A stretch of 63,891 bases of DNA, counting the filler, from Reticulomyxa filosa (Eukaryota; Protista; Foraminifera), in the NCBI GenBank assembly GCA_000512085.1. It is 24 parts of 24 records of this genome, joined end to end, with 100 filler letters (N's around TTAATTAATTAA, not from the genome) between each part and the next. Parts side by side here need not be neighbours in the genome. Positions count along the whole stretch, not along the records: positions 8,351 to 13,819 come from ASPP01002581.1; positions 13,920 to 15,069 come from ASPP01034705.1; positions 15,170 to 16,174 come from ASPP01001278.1; positions 16,275 to 17,297 come from ASPP01027308.1; positions 17,398 to 19,524 come from ASPP01028509.1; positions 19,625 to 32,699 come from ASPP01006036.1; 18 more parts are not named here. One strand, written 5' to 3'. The notes below the pieces were generated by a model. It worked only from the letters and a program-made list of their open reading frames with translations, was not told the origin of the DNA and searched no databases. Each line of letters begins with the position of its first letter. Position 1 is the stretch's first letter. The translations under genes were made by a program, and so were the position numbers. This document shows, piece after piece, positions 12,672 to 24,562 of the stretch.

Positions 12672-13170
12672 GTCTTCAATTTTATTTCACCGTTTACCTG
12701 ATTTGATTGCAAGGTGCGGTTGAAGAATGTTAATGAAAAGCGAGGACAATATCAAAATTCTTCTAAAAATTTTGTATCGTCCCCTTTCTTGTTCTAAAAC
12801 AACACTTTATTGTGTTATTTTGCATATATTCTGCAGATTTATGATTAATGCGATACTGTGATACTCTTCTTTTTATTTTAACTTAATTAAGCATTGTTAG
12901 TGATTTGCAAAAATTCAATTTTTCTTCGTGCACAGCAAATATGAGATTAATTGATTTTTTCAAAAGCGAATAAAATGCAACAAACAAACACTTTGAATGC
13001 ACCCAAGTAAGAAGCTGCTAATAATTTCCGAGTCACACACTCGAAAACAAAAAGTAGAAACTCCTGAATAATCCAATAAGATGAGGGTCAGAGCAAGGAA
13101 CTTTTTTTAGTTCCAATGTACATAATTGCTCATGGTTTGTCGCATTTATTTTAAGAAGGTAACAAAAGTA

Positions 13171-13786
13171 TTACCATTCTTGCATACGGACTCTTCCAAA
13201 GGCCTGGTCCTCACTTGCATCATAATAGGGTTGTTCGAAGTTTTCATTGTCAAATTGTTGATTAGAGTATCCTTGATCAATCATAACATCAGCAGCGGCC
13301 CAATCGTCCAATACAGCACGAGGAGGTTCTTGATCCCAGGCTTGAATTTGTTCAATTCCAAAGCCACCTCTAGCAGCGGCATCAAAGGACTCAGCACCTT
13401 GATCATCGTATTCTTGTTGCGCTTGGCCAGTTTGTTCAAGTTCTTGTTTTTTAGCCTAAAACACAAAAAAATGAAAAAATTATACATAATCAGCCATATT
13501 TCTAAAAATAATAAAAATGAACGACTAACTTTTTCTTCTTGAGCTTTCTTGATTTTACTGGATTGCGATAAAAGAATAAATCAACTGGGGCAGCATCCCA
13601 AGGTTTGTCACGTGGAATTTCTTTTTTAATTCGCAACATTTCTCGGGCGAGCAACCAAAACATCAAACCCAAGGATAATTTACCGCGGTTGTTGCATGGA
13701 ACTGCGCAATCAACAAAACGAGTGTTGTTGTTCACGCCACATAAAGCAATGACCGGGATGCCAACATAACTGGTTTCTCTCAAAGC
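13171..13786 (-). CDS. RPSA: 40S ribosomal protein SA (uS2), 3' part
   Basis: ALRETSYVGIPVIALC...VDCAVPCNNRGKLSLGLMFWLLAREML...VDLFFYRNP. An acidic tail ending QEW* is recovered after a 1-nt correction at about 13560 and one intron. The 5' end is cut by the spacer. Confidence 0.93.
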
Positions 13787-14044
13787 CTTTCAAAAATAAA
13801 CACAAATAAAAAAATAAATNNNNNNNNNNNNNNNNNNNNNNNNNNNNNNNNNNNNNNNNNNNNTTAATTAATTAANNNNNNNNNNNNNNNNNNNNNNNNN
13901 NNNNNNNNNNNNNNNNNNNTTTTTATGTTGTTGCATCCTTCCCTTCCCCCCCCTTTTTTTTTTCTTTTGGACTTTATTACTGAACAACAAAGAAGAGATA
14001 AGGAAGCTTTACTACTTTTTTTGTTGATATGATTCAATGTATAG

Positions 14045-15069
14045 CAATACAAAAAGGCACGCGAAATATTTTTGAGTAGACTGAGGGAATTTAACCAAAT
14101 GAAACAAACGCTCTCGAAGCATGTGAGTGTGAATAGCATTGACATTGATATTGACATCGACATTGACGTGGACGTGAACATGAGTGCAAATGAGAATATG
14201 CACATATTCAACACACAGACTAGTGACCAAGGAAGCTCATGCTTCGCGTCGATGTCAGCGTCGATGCCAAAACCCACGTCCGTGGACTTGTTTCATTTGT
14301 ATTTGCTGGTAACCAAACGAGGGGGATTTGTTGCAGTTTAGTTCATTACTATTGATCGAGAGAGAGAGAGGGGGGGGGAAGAGGATTGGAGAAGGGGATG
14401 GGAAAAAAAAAAAAAAGTTTACATTTTTTTTTTTTTTTTTTAAATGCAAAGACATGTGAAAATAAAGGTTGGACGGAAATTGTAGAGGAAATAAAATTTT
14501 CGATTGATATGGAGTTGCAGTGCCGAATCCATTCCGTGAAACAAATTTACGAGGAATACTTGTGGACTTATGAACAGGAGCATTTTAATAGAGACAACGA
14601 TGACGTGCACTACTTGGAACATGATCAAGATGTTCTCTCCATTCTTACGTCGTACCCATTGCTGACAATGCAAAAACACAATAATGATGATAATAATGAT
14701 GGTGATGATAATGATGGTAATGATGATAATGATACTGATGGCGATGAAAATAGCAAAGAAAAACATGCCAATCGTAATGACCCCCCGAATGCATGTCCCA
14801 AGCTTTTCATTCAATTGCCTTCGCTGCACAATTCGAGCAAAACTGTTGTCGATGTGCAGACGTTTGTTCGAACTTTGGAGGGGGATCGCCATTTCAATGC
14901 AGTTTATATATATATATGTATATGCACATATATAAACTTGGTTTGTGCATGTTTCGATTGCAACACTGCATTGAATGAATTGCTGGGGGGGTATATACTT
15001 ACTTATCGAACAGGAACAAGAGGAAGAAGAAGAAGAAGAAGAAGAAGAAAATGAAGAAGAGGAAGAATA
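14045..15069 (+). CDS. ARID/BRIGHT DNA-binding domain protein (partial)
   Basis: Exon 14045-14335 plus an exon from 14452 give REIFLSRLREF...VDLFHLYLLVTKRGGFVA|TCENKGWTEIVEEI...SVKQIYEEYLWTYE, the ARID consensus. D/N-rich and E-rich tracts follow. Confidence 0.8.
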
Positions 15070-15307
15070 NNNNNNNNNNNNNNNNNNNNNNNNNNNNNNN
15101 NNNNNNNNNNNNNTTAATTAATTAANNNNNNNNNNNNNNNNNNNNNNNNNNNNNNNNNNNNNNNNNNNNTCTTTAATGTTTTTCTAATGCCAACTGAAAC
15201 TTTCACTTGCAGCCACGAAAACTTCATCGCTATTCCTTAACAAGAGTAAACAGGTATGAGAGACTTGTGGTTTGTCCTTAAAAGACAGACATTACATCTT
15301 TGAAAAT

Positions 15308-15875
15308 AAAAAACTGGAACTAAGCTCGCCCTTGTAATCTATTGTTTTGATATAATCTTTATTTTACAAAACAAATCAAAATACAACAACTAGATCACAT
15401 TATTAATCCAAATTTTTTAAAAAATAGTTTTTTATTTTACAATAAAACTGGCCCATTTTCAAAAAACAGATTAAAAAAAATAAAAAATGACCCACAATCT
15501 TAAATATTCGTAAATATCAAAGATTGTGTATCCTGTTACTTTTTAAAAAATAGTTGATGTGAAATTTGATACGACACCTGATTATTGTAATCTTATCATC
15601 ATTTTTTATTTATTTTCATGTCAATGCATACGTCATCCAATAAAAAAGGGAAAAAAGTTCCGTTGATTGTATTGAACATTTTTTGATTAAAATTAGGATG
15701 CTAAAGGGAGATTTAGTTCAATTTTTTCTGTCATACCTCGCAAAAAAACTCCTTTTAAAATTAAATGCCTATCAAGTACCAATTGTGTGTTATTTAGTTA
15801 TTTATCAAACCAAAATTATATCAAAAATAAATTAAAACAATGAACCACAAGGGAAGACTTAGTTCCAGTTTTTTT
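15308..15875. mobile_element. Candidate MITE / non-autonomous DNA transposon bounded by imperfect inverted repeats
   Basis: AAAAAACTGGAACTAAGctcgCCCTTGT at 15308-15335 matches the reverse complement of 15847-15875 (AAAAAAACTGGAACTAAGtcttCCCTTGT). Similarity extends inward (ATTGTTTT..GATATAAT). No ORF; no TSD identified. Confidence 0.45.
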
Positions 15876-16274
15876 ACGTCTGTACGTGTGACGTCTTTCC
15901 TTTGATAGCAAGTAAACTACATCTTTGCACAGAGAACTTAAATTCCTTTCTTAGAGTAGTGATTATTTCTTTGTAAAAAAAAACAAACATCATCGTCTTT
16001 GAAAAGAAAAGACAACAAATTCTTGGATAATACAAAACTCTTTTCATTGTTCCTTCAGAATGGAAAAAAAAAGATTAGTTGATATCTGAAGAAAATTAAA
16101 TATCACATAAATTGTATCTACATTAAAAAAAAATTCAGTGACCTAAAAGATATCTTTGTTCAGTTTCACAAACGNNNNNNNNNNNNNNNNNNNNNNNNNN
16201 NNNNNNNNNNNNNNNNNNTTAATTAATTAANNNNNNNNNNNNNNNNNNNNNNNNNNNNNNNNNNNNNNNNNNNN

Positions 16275-17297
16275 GATCTTTATGCAATGATTGTTTGTTG
16301 CCAGTGATTGTCATACTTTCCTATCACTCTTCGATTGTTCTAATGCAGTCATACACAATGGAATTCTAAAACCAAATTCATTCGCTATCTTCACACTTGT
16401 AATGAGATACACGCTTTGACCTTGGATGAATGTCGTATTGGAAATTCTTGCATCTGTGAGTGCAGTTCGACACAATCTTTTTGGACAATTGTTGGCATGT
16501 CAAAGTCCAGAAACTTGTGTTCACCTACGTTGATGACAAATAAGTTCTTTGGCGATTTTGGTTATTGAATCGCTTCTTGCGTTTGGAAATACGTAAAGTC
16601 AATAAAGCCTGCCGATTGGTTGTTGTTTTTTTTTCCGTTTAAACAAATAATCGTCATCATAATCCTCTTTCTCTTTCTTGCTTGCTGGGTCCTGTGAGTT
16701 TCGAACTAAATTGAATCACTCATGCATCATAATGTCCACATCGTTTTTACTTTGCACCATTAAAGCTTTCTTCCATATTTGGCGGCACCATTGTCTGCGA
16801 TTGAGCTGATAGAATCTTGCCAACTGTTCAAACTACATATCGCATCGCAATTGCCAAACATTGCCAAACTCATTTGCAGTTTCCATTGGGGAGCGATTTG
16901 TGAAATTTGTCCAAGCATTCGAGTAGCGAATTTGCGTGCATCCAGAATAAAGATCATTTCACCAAATTCAACTAAGACAGCACACTTGTTGTTTTTTTTC
17001 AACTAAACCTAACGGTGATACGTACTTTTTTTTTCTTTCTTTTCTTTTTTTTTTTGTTTCTTTTTTTTTTCATATCTTTTTTTTCTCTTTTGCATTTTTT
17101 TAATCTTTTTTTTACTTTTTTTTCTTTTTTTCTCATTGTCATATTTTTTTATTTTATTTTATTTTTCTTTTAAATTTTTTAACATTTATTTTTATTTTCT
17201 TATATTCTTAAAAAAAATTTTTCAAAATTAATTTTCCCATTTTCATTTACCCATTTTCCCCTTTTCCCCAATTTATTTTCCAAATTTTCCCAACTTC
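16275..17297 (-). pseudogene. Decayed copy of a multi-copy unidentified element with an A/G-rich leader
   Basis: The reverse complement of 17020-17297 resembles 53880-54200 (GGAAAAT repeats; AAAAAA(T)ATGACAA(T/C)GAGAAAAAA). It is followed by stop-ridden coding-like sequence. Confidence 0.35.
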
Positions 17298-17397
17298 NNN
17301 NNNNNNNNNNNNNNNNNNNNNNNNNNNNNNNNNNNNNNNNNTTAATTAATTAANNNNNNNNNNNNNNNNNNNNNNNNNNNNNNNNNNNNNNNNNNNN

Positions 17398-17432
<35 letters not shown>

Positions 17433-18331
17433 GGAGGGTAGAAAATAAAAATAAAAATTGGAGACAATCATTATTAGCTTATTTTTTTTAAAAAAAAAGA
17501 GATTGCAGGAGTGATGGAGCAACACCGCTCTGAAAATAATAATGAAAATATGTTTTTCCTGTTTGTGTTGTTTGTTTCCGCTTTTTTGGTTCAAACGTTG
17601 TTGCTGGTTTTGTTTCTTACATTGTTTCGGGAAAATGAGGACTGCTCATTCTGGCCTCGTGTTAAAAACTTTTGCCAAAAAAAATGGTCATCTCAAACAT
17701 ACGACGATACTTGGTCCAACTTGTTGCATGGATTATTATGCATACTGACAAACACAGAGTATCTCTTCATTTTCCTGAAATAAAAGAAAACGCAAAAGCA
17801 TTATTTGGAAATATCGTGCAAATCTGAATTTTTTTTTAGATTTTTAAGTTTATTTAAATAATCAATTCTGATGTCAACTAAGTAGCTTGAACTCAAATTC
17901 CTGGTCTATATGATACACTACTGACAACCAGTTGCTCGATTGACACATGAGGCTTACGTATTCAAAAACAAATCTCATATTATACACAACAACATTTTGT
18001 AAATTGCATTCAAACTCACTTTCGTGGAAACTTTTTACGTGAGGTTTGTAGACACTTCCAAATATTGATAAAAATGTTTCAATGTTTGTCTTGTTGAAAA
18101 ATCTTCAGGATTTTTCTTTATTGTTCTCTCCGTAGTCTTATCTCATATTTGCTTTTTTAAACTTTAAAATTAGTAACATTTTACTTTTAAATTTTGTTAT
18201 TTGATAGACTTTTCATCATTATGCATAAAAAAAAATGAATGCAACATTCTTTTGTTCTTTTTTTGCCATCTTACTTAATTATAGGAAAAAAAGCCAGAAA
18301 ATCTCAACTTAAGCAAAAATTGAAAGATCTT

Positions 18332-19524
18332 TCAGTTTTTGCTTATCTCCAAAATACGAATAGGGCCTTGTGATGAGCCATAACATAAGTTCAAATTATG
18401 AATATCATTATTTGTATTTCCATTGTTATTCTCCTTCTTTTTCAATGATATAAACTTAAGACAAAATATTCCATTATCTTCTTTATCTCCTTCGATCACA
18501 TACAATTCATTCTTATTTGATCGAATATCCCAAAAACGAATAGTATTATCCAATGACCCAGAACATATCACACTTGAACTGCTACCAACTTTAATGTTAT
18601 TTGCTACAAATGGTGAATATTCAACAGCACATACTCGATCTGTATGTCCATTGAAGAATTGGATTTGTTGACCAGATCGAATATCCCACAAACGGACACT
18701 TTTATCATATGATCCAGATAATACTGTATTCAATAATTCATTTGATCCATATTTTACACTATTTACATATGCTTCATGCCCTTTGAATATAATCAATTGC
18801 TTATTCGTTTCAATATCCCAAATACGAATGATTCGATCAAATGATCCAGAACAAATAGTATAACCACTACCGCCAATGACACCAATATCATTAATTTTAT
18901 TATCATTATTGTTGTTATTGCTTTGTAATGGTGACATATCAATACACCAGACAATATCTTCATGTCCATTGAAAACATATAACGATTTGGATATTTCGAC
19001 ATCCCACAAACGAACTGTTTTGTCAAATGATCCAGAACACAAATATCGACCACTATTAAATGAGGAAAATTCAATGCCAATAACACCACCAGTGTGTCCA
19101 TTGAATACTTGTGATAATTGATTATAATTGATATCCCAAAAACGAATGATATTATCATATGATGAAGAACAAATCACATTACGGCTATGGTTATAATAAC
19201 GATATAACGAAAATTTCACACAAAGCACAAAGGATGAATGACCGAATGATTGAATTTGTTTATTATTGTCAACATCCCATACACGGACTGTTTTATCTCC
19301 TGATCCAGAATAAATGAATTGATCACCATCAAATGTTGAATAATCAATACTCCACACAATATTAGAGTGTCCAGTGAATGCATTAAGTAATTTAAAAGAA
19401 CGTACCAATTTAAAATTAAAAATAGATGGTGTGTTAATACTTGATATTGATAAATTATCATTTCTATTGTCTTCCTTTTGTTCATTAATCTGCTTATATT
19501 GCTCCAATTGTTGTTTCAGAATTG
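18332..19524 (-). CDS. WD40-repeat protein, intronless, 5'-partial, with an upstream coiled coil
   Basis: 391-aa ORF with about 7 WD40 repeats (GHxxxVxxxxxS...ICSGSxDKTVRLWD), highly similar to one another. Confidence 0.93.
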
Positions 19525-19624
19525 NNNNNNNNNNNNNNNNNNNNNNNNNNNNNNNNNNNNNNNNNNNNTTAATTAATTAANNNNNNNNNNNNNNNNNNNN
19601 NNNNNNNNNNNNNNNNNNNNNNNN

Positions 19625-21249
19625 TTTTTTTTTTTTTTTTGGGACACATTAATAAATAAATGAATACCATATTGTTTTTTGCTGTCCTCTTTGGCAATAT
19701 GTTGTAGAATTTGTTTCTCGTCATCTTGGTCGGCATCGGAAATAGTAAGCTCTTTGCCATCCAAATTGGACAGACCATGTTGCGCCAAATACGAATCACT
19801 TTCTTGTGGTAAAAAGTCGTGGACGATCCACTTAGCGACGGCTCTTTCACCTTCGTTGGTCTGTTCAGTGTTTTTGCTGGCATCGTTCAAATAAGCTCTT
19901 CGAGCATTTGTCGCAATGGATGTAGTCTGCGACAGTGTGCTCATTTCTCCGACAGTGCCGACATCGTCTCCAAACGGCAGTACTGACGTCGAACTAGTCC
20001 CAACTATGCCAACCGCGGCCGAAGACGACAGACAGGAGTTCATTTGAGTTTGTACCTGTTGCAACATTTTCAACACATGTTCGATCTGTTGCACGCTCTC
20101 CACGCTTGCCTCTGTTATTGCCTCGTTATTGGCTTTGTGCAATTTGCCAAGCATTTGACTTGCTTGTGCCAACACACGTCGCTGCGTTTCCATAGCGTGA
20201 CGCCAGTTGTCTACGCTGTCCGCACTTCGAGCGCTGGACGCACTTCGAATGCTGTGTCTCTTGGCATTTGGATTCGTTGAATTGCCATTCGCGGCACGTA
20301 AGGACGAGCGCAAGTACTTCAAACGACTGGCGGTCAATGTGAATCCAGTTGCGTTTGCCCCGCTGCCGGGATGGCCGTTGTTGCTGTTCCGCTGAACGCG
20401 AGTGGCTTCCCAGTCCGATGTCATTTCTGGCATTTCCTCGTATCCTTCGAGGTCCGATCGGATGTGTTCAATTTGATTGGACATGTTTTGTTGGACCATT
20501 TCGAGCTCGTGAAGGGCTAAAAACACAATCAATCACACGTTTGCACGACAACACTTGCAAAAAAAAAAGCCTGCGCCTTTCCGTGTGAGGAAACAAACAG
20601 ACACAATGAACACGAACATTGCGAATGAGGATCATCGTGCGATGGGTGTTGTCCCAAAGTGGACAATTGTTGCACCGCTTGGCCAATTTGGATTTGGTAA
20701 TTTTCCAAACTTTGTAATATACTTGCTATTTCTTGCTTTCTGTTATCGACCTCTTTTTCAAGGTACTCCACCTCATTCAAAAGGCTTTGAACATCTACGT
20801 CATGGTGGCTTAATGGTTCTTTTCTTTTTATGTGTGCGTTATTTTGTTGGAAAGTTACAAATAATCTAAAAAAAAAAAAATATATATGTATATATATATA
20901 GTAACGATGGGTCTTTGAGGAAATTTGCAAAGCGATTGGTTTCGCTACAGCGCAACGCCATGGCAAGCATCTCTTTTGCTTCTTTGATTTGCTTCGTCCA
21001 AAGCAAACGCACTAAATACCTCATGCAACGTGTGGCGTGGAGTTGTTTGGCATACACGTCCTCCCCGCCCGTGGCCTTGCTACGCTTTGGTGAAAATGGC
21101 GACTCATGCAACAGAAATTTTTTGAACTCGGTATGTGCCTGCTCATACATTGGGTCCAGTTGGATTGCAATTTCGTAATGTTCGCCTGCTTCGTCATAGT
21201 TGTTCATGTTGTGCTTTAAAAAAAGTGCTGTCACGGGAGTCACAATTTG

Positions 21250-21280
<31 letters not shown>

Positions 21281-22380
21281 AAATTCAAAGACAGAAAAAA
21301 AAAAGCTACGACTGCAGTAGAAGAGCAAATGGAGTCCATTGACAAAAGAAAAGCACACCATAGTTGAAATGTCGCGTTGCATTTTGTGGGTCCAATTTGA
21401 TCGCTTCTTTGTAATGGTAGTTGGCGGTGGTGTATTCCTTAAAGTGCTTCTTCAACAAGTTGGCTATGTTGGGTGCGCTCGTCCATTATTGGCATCGAGT
21501 TCGAGTGCCGCTGCAAAATTTTTTCGTGCCTCATTGTAGTTATGTAACTGCTGTTCGAGCAGCAGTCCATAATTGTTGTAATAGGCTGCGTGCTTCGGTT
21601 TCAATTCGATAGCTTTGCGGTAATGCACTTCTGCTTGCCTATAATCACTAGTACATTTATACCACAAACAGTAATCCATTTTTATTTTTTTTAGGGGACA
21701 CGTGAAAGTCTGCGGTAATAAAGGTTCTCAAAAAAAAAAAAAAAAAAAAAGTTGTGAAGGTATACGTATATTGAAAACGAATAAAAAAAACTGAAAGTAA
21801 TTTTTATAAAGAATTGCCCAATTGTAATGGGCACTTGCATTCTGTGGGTCGTCTTGGACACAAAGTTGGTACTGTTGTAATGCATCGGCGTGTCTTTGCA
21901 AGTGATCGTGCAGCAATACTGCATACAAATTTCGTACACGCGATCGAAACAATCGCAGCTCACGAAATAAATCCCCTCTTGGCGTATTGCTGTTGGATAG
22001 ACTACCTTCTACTTCTTCATTTACGTTTGCATAACTGTTGTTGATTTTTGCATTGCTTGTGTCTCCACCTGTCGTTTCTTTCGGTGATCCTTTCTGTTGG
22101 ATTGCTGTTGTTGGAAATCGTAATCGCTCGAATTGGGTATTCACGTGTTGCAAGTTGTTCAAACACAATGTCTCACATTGGTTATACTCGCGATGTCGAA
22201 TATAGTTCTTCCATTGCCGAAGAAATTGGAAATACAAATCTTGGTACTGTTATGTACGATTGATTGTTTCGTGCTTTTGGAGTTACTGTTGTTAAAAAAC
22301 TTACTCCTCTCTTTTCTAAAAAAAAATAATCCCAACACCTCTTGAGTATGCCTTGATGTTTTCCTGGAGCGGCGATTCAT
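19625..22380 (-). CDS. TPR-repeat protein with coiled coil and possible C-terminal SAM-like domain (multi-exon, 3'-partial)
   Basis: TPR units AHYNWAILYK..., AEVHYRKAIELKPKHAAYYNNYGLLL, ARKNFAAALELD, HYKEAIKLDPQN and HYEIAIQLDP. Coiled coil LLNEVEYLEKEVDNRKQEI. GT-AG introns. 1-nt frameshift at about 21472. Confidence 0.82.
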
Positions 22381-22857
22381 CGTTCTTACAAGTTGCTAAA
22401 ATCTGAATCTTTTAGCTCTCCTTGTCAAACCAGCTTGTTTACCCTTTTCCCAAAACCTTTCGGCAAAAAGCTGTCTAACCTTGTACATAAAAATATTAAA
22501 ACACTTATTTTACACCTTCCCTAAATTTCAAAGTAGCAACTTAAAAATAAACGGATTTACAGTATCTTAGGCTACTTTTAATATCGATAATTTTGCATCC
22601 CCTCAATTAGTTAATATACAACTAAATTAATAATTACACTACTAACAAATATTTTATAACTAGCTTTCATTTTGTTTTCTTTTAAGACACTATTTAAACA
22701 AAAATAAGTTAATTTGATCTTTTAAAAAATTTTTAATAAATGAGAATTTTGCAATTTAACAGTGAAATAGTAGGTCAAATTTTTATTCTCATCAACTGTC
22801 TTGCAGAATGCACTACATAAAAAATGTTTACAGTAATATATTTGCTAAAATAATAGG

Positions 22858-24149
22858 TCAATCTATACACTCTGAAGGGACGCCAAAAGCAATTGTTTTG
22901 CATCTTTTATTGTGTTTTTTTGGCAATCTAACAACAACGACTTCACCGTTTGTGCTGCCAACGTATACAATACCATTACAATAAGAAAAAGTGTTAATTG
23001 TCTTTTTTAATGCAATTGATTCTTGATAATGTGAAAGCAATTGATGTTGGTACGAATATTTTGGAGTGCCACAAGAACACCATTCCCAAATTCGTAGGTT
23101 TTGATCCCTGGAGCCAGAAAGTATATTACAATTGTGTAGTTTTGGAACAAGAGGAACAAAACAGCATTTTGAAATTGCTTGATTGTGTCTGGAAAAAGTA
23201 TAAAGTGGATCTTTCAAATTACGCAAATCCCACAATTGTAGATCGCAGCCATGTCCTTATTCAGTTATTTATAAAAAATCTCGAAATAACTAGATGCTGT
23301 TTTTAAAAAAGGAGAATAAAAAAAAAATACTATTCACATACCATTAAATCCATTAAAACCAACACACAACATGTTCCTATCTGCAACATCAATATCCATG
23401 GTCAGAGGTATTTGAACATGTCCAATAGCATAAGTACAATGTGAACATGACCTTGCGTCCCAAAAGTAAAACTTCAAATCTTCAGAGACTTGAATCAGGG
23501 ATTGATTTGGCAATATGCACATTGCACGAGCTAAATTTCCATCGTTACTACTGCTGTAGATAATTTTATTTGTTTCCAAATCCCAGTAGTTAGTGGTACA
23601 ATCCCGTCCACTAGACCAAAGCCTCTGATTGAGTTCATCCACAGCAATGGATAAAACTCCAAGCGAATGTCCGGATAATGTTTTGCTGTGACGAACGTTG
23701 TATTCATATCTGTTACGATCGACTGGCAGCTGCCACATTTTTATATCACCGTCACGAGACGCGGATATTAGACAATGCATCTGTGAAGAATACTTCAATT
23801 GAGTTATTGCTCCCTTATGTCCATTTACGTGTGTATGCTCATCCACTTTGGTGGTCCATTTGTTCAAAACTATATGTCCGTCAATGTCACCAGAGACATA
23901 GCTGTCTAAGTTTATTCCGCAGATGTCTGTGATGGTATCTGTGTGAAAAGATGGAAACATTTGTCCACAGCTATTTTTTTCAATTTACTTCCACAAAACA
24001 TTGTTGTAATCAAGAATTTCTTTTAAAATTTAAGAAGCGGGTATTTTCTCATAATCTATCTAGGATTCTTGTTTTCATTGTGCAAGTCAATTATTGTTCA
24101 CTGTTATGTAAACAAACATGTGCATCACATCATCTGAGGAGCTGCTCAT
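22858..24149 (-). CDS. WD40 protein, WDR31-like (3 exons)
   Basis: MSSSSDDVMHI|CGQMFPSFHTDTIT...GHKGAITQL...SASRD...GHSLGV...SSGRDCT...LIQVSEDLKFYFWDAR...NGFNG|HGCDLQLWDLR...HNQAISKCCFVP. Repeat order and the QxSED and NGFxGxGCxxxLWDLR motifs match WDR31. Confidence 0.75.
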
Positions 24150-24562
24150 TTTTCAAATCTTCTATAATTTGTTAAGTTTTTGAGGTCACTTTTATCTTGG
24201 CTTTCAATTTATTGTGTAAGCGCTGCCCAGACACCAACTTATTTTTTTGCCAAAAAGCAGCAAAACACATTTTCGTGTTTATGTTCAAAAATTGAAAGAA
24301 TATCTTAAATATTCAAAGTATATTATGAGTAATATTAATATGATCTAGATATTTTTGTTCTTTAAATTCAGTAAAATAAACATATACATAACCAACTAGA
24401 AATTGTCATTAAAAAATTTCAATATAATGTAATATAGCTACACGTCATCTAAAACTTTAAATCATTTTTCAATAAGCTTCGGTAAAACTGAAAACCCAAA
24501 CTTTAAAATTACTGTTGAAAAAATGTGTCAAAAAAGAGAAATACTCAATAAACAGCTTATTT

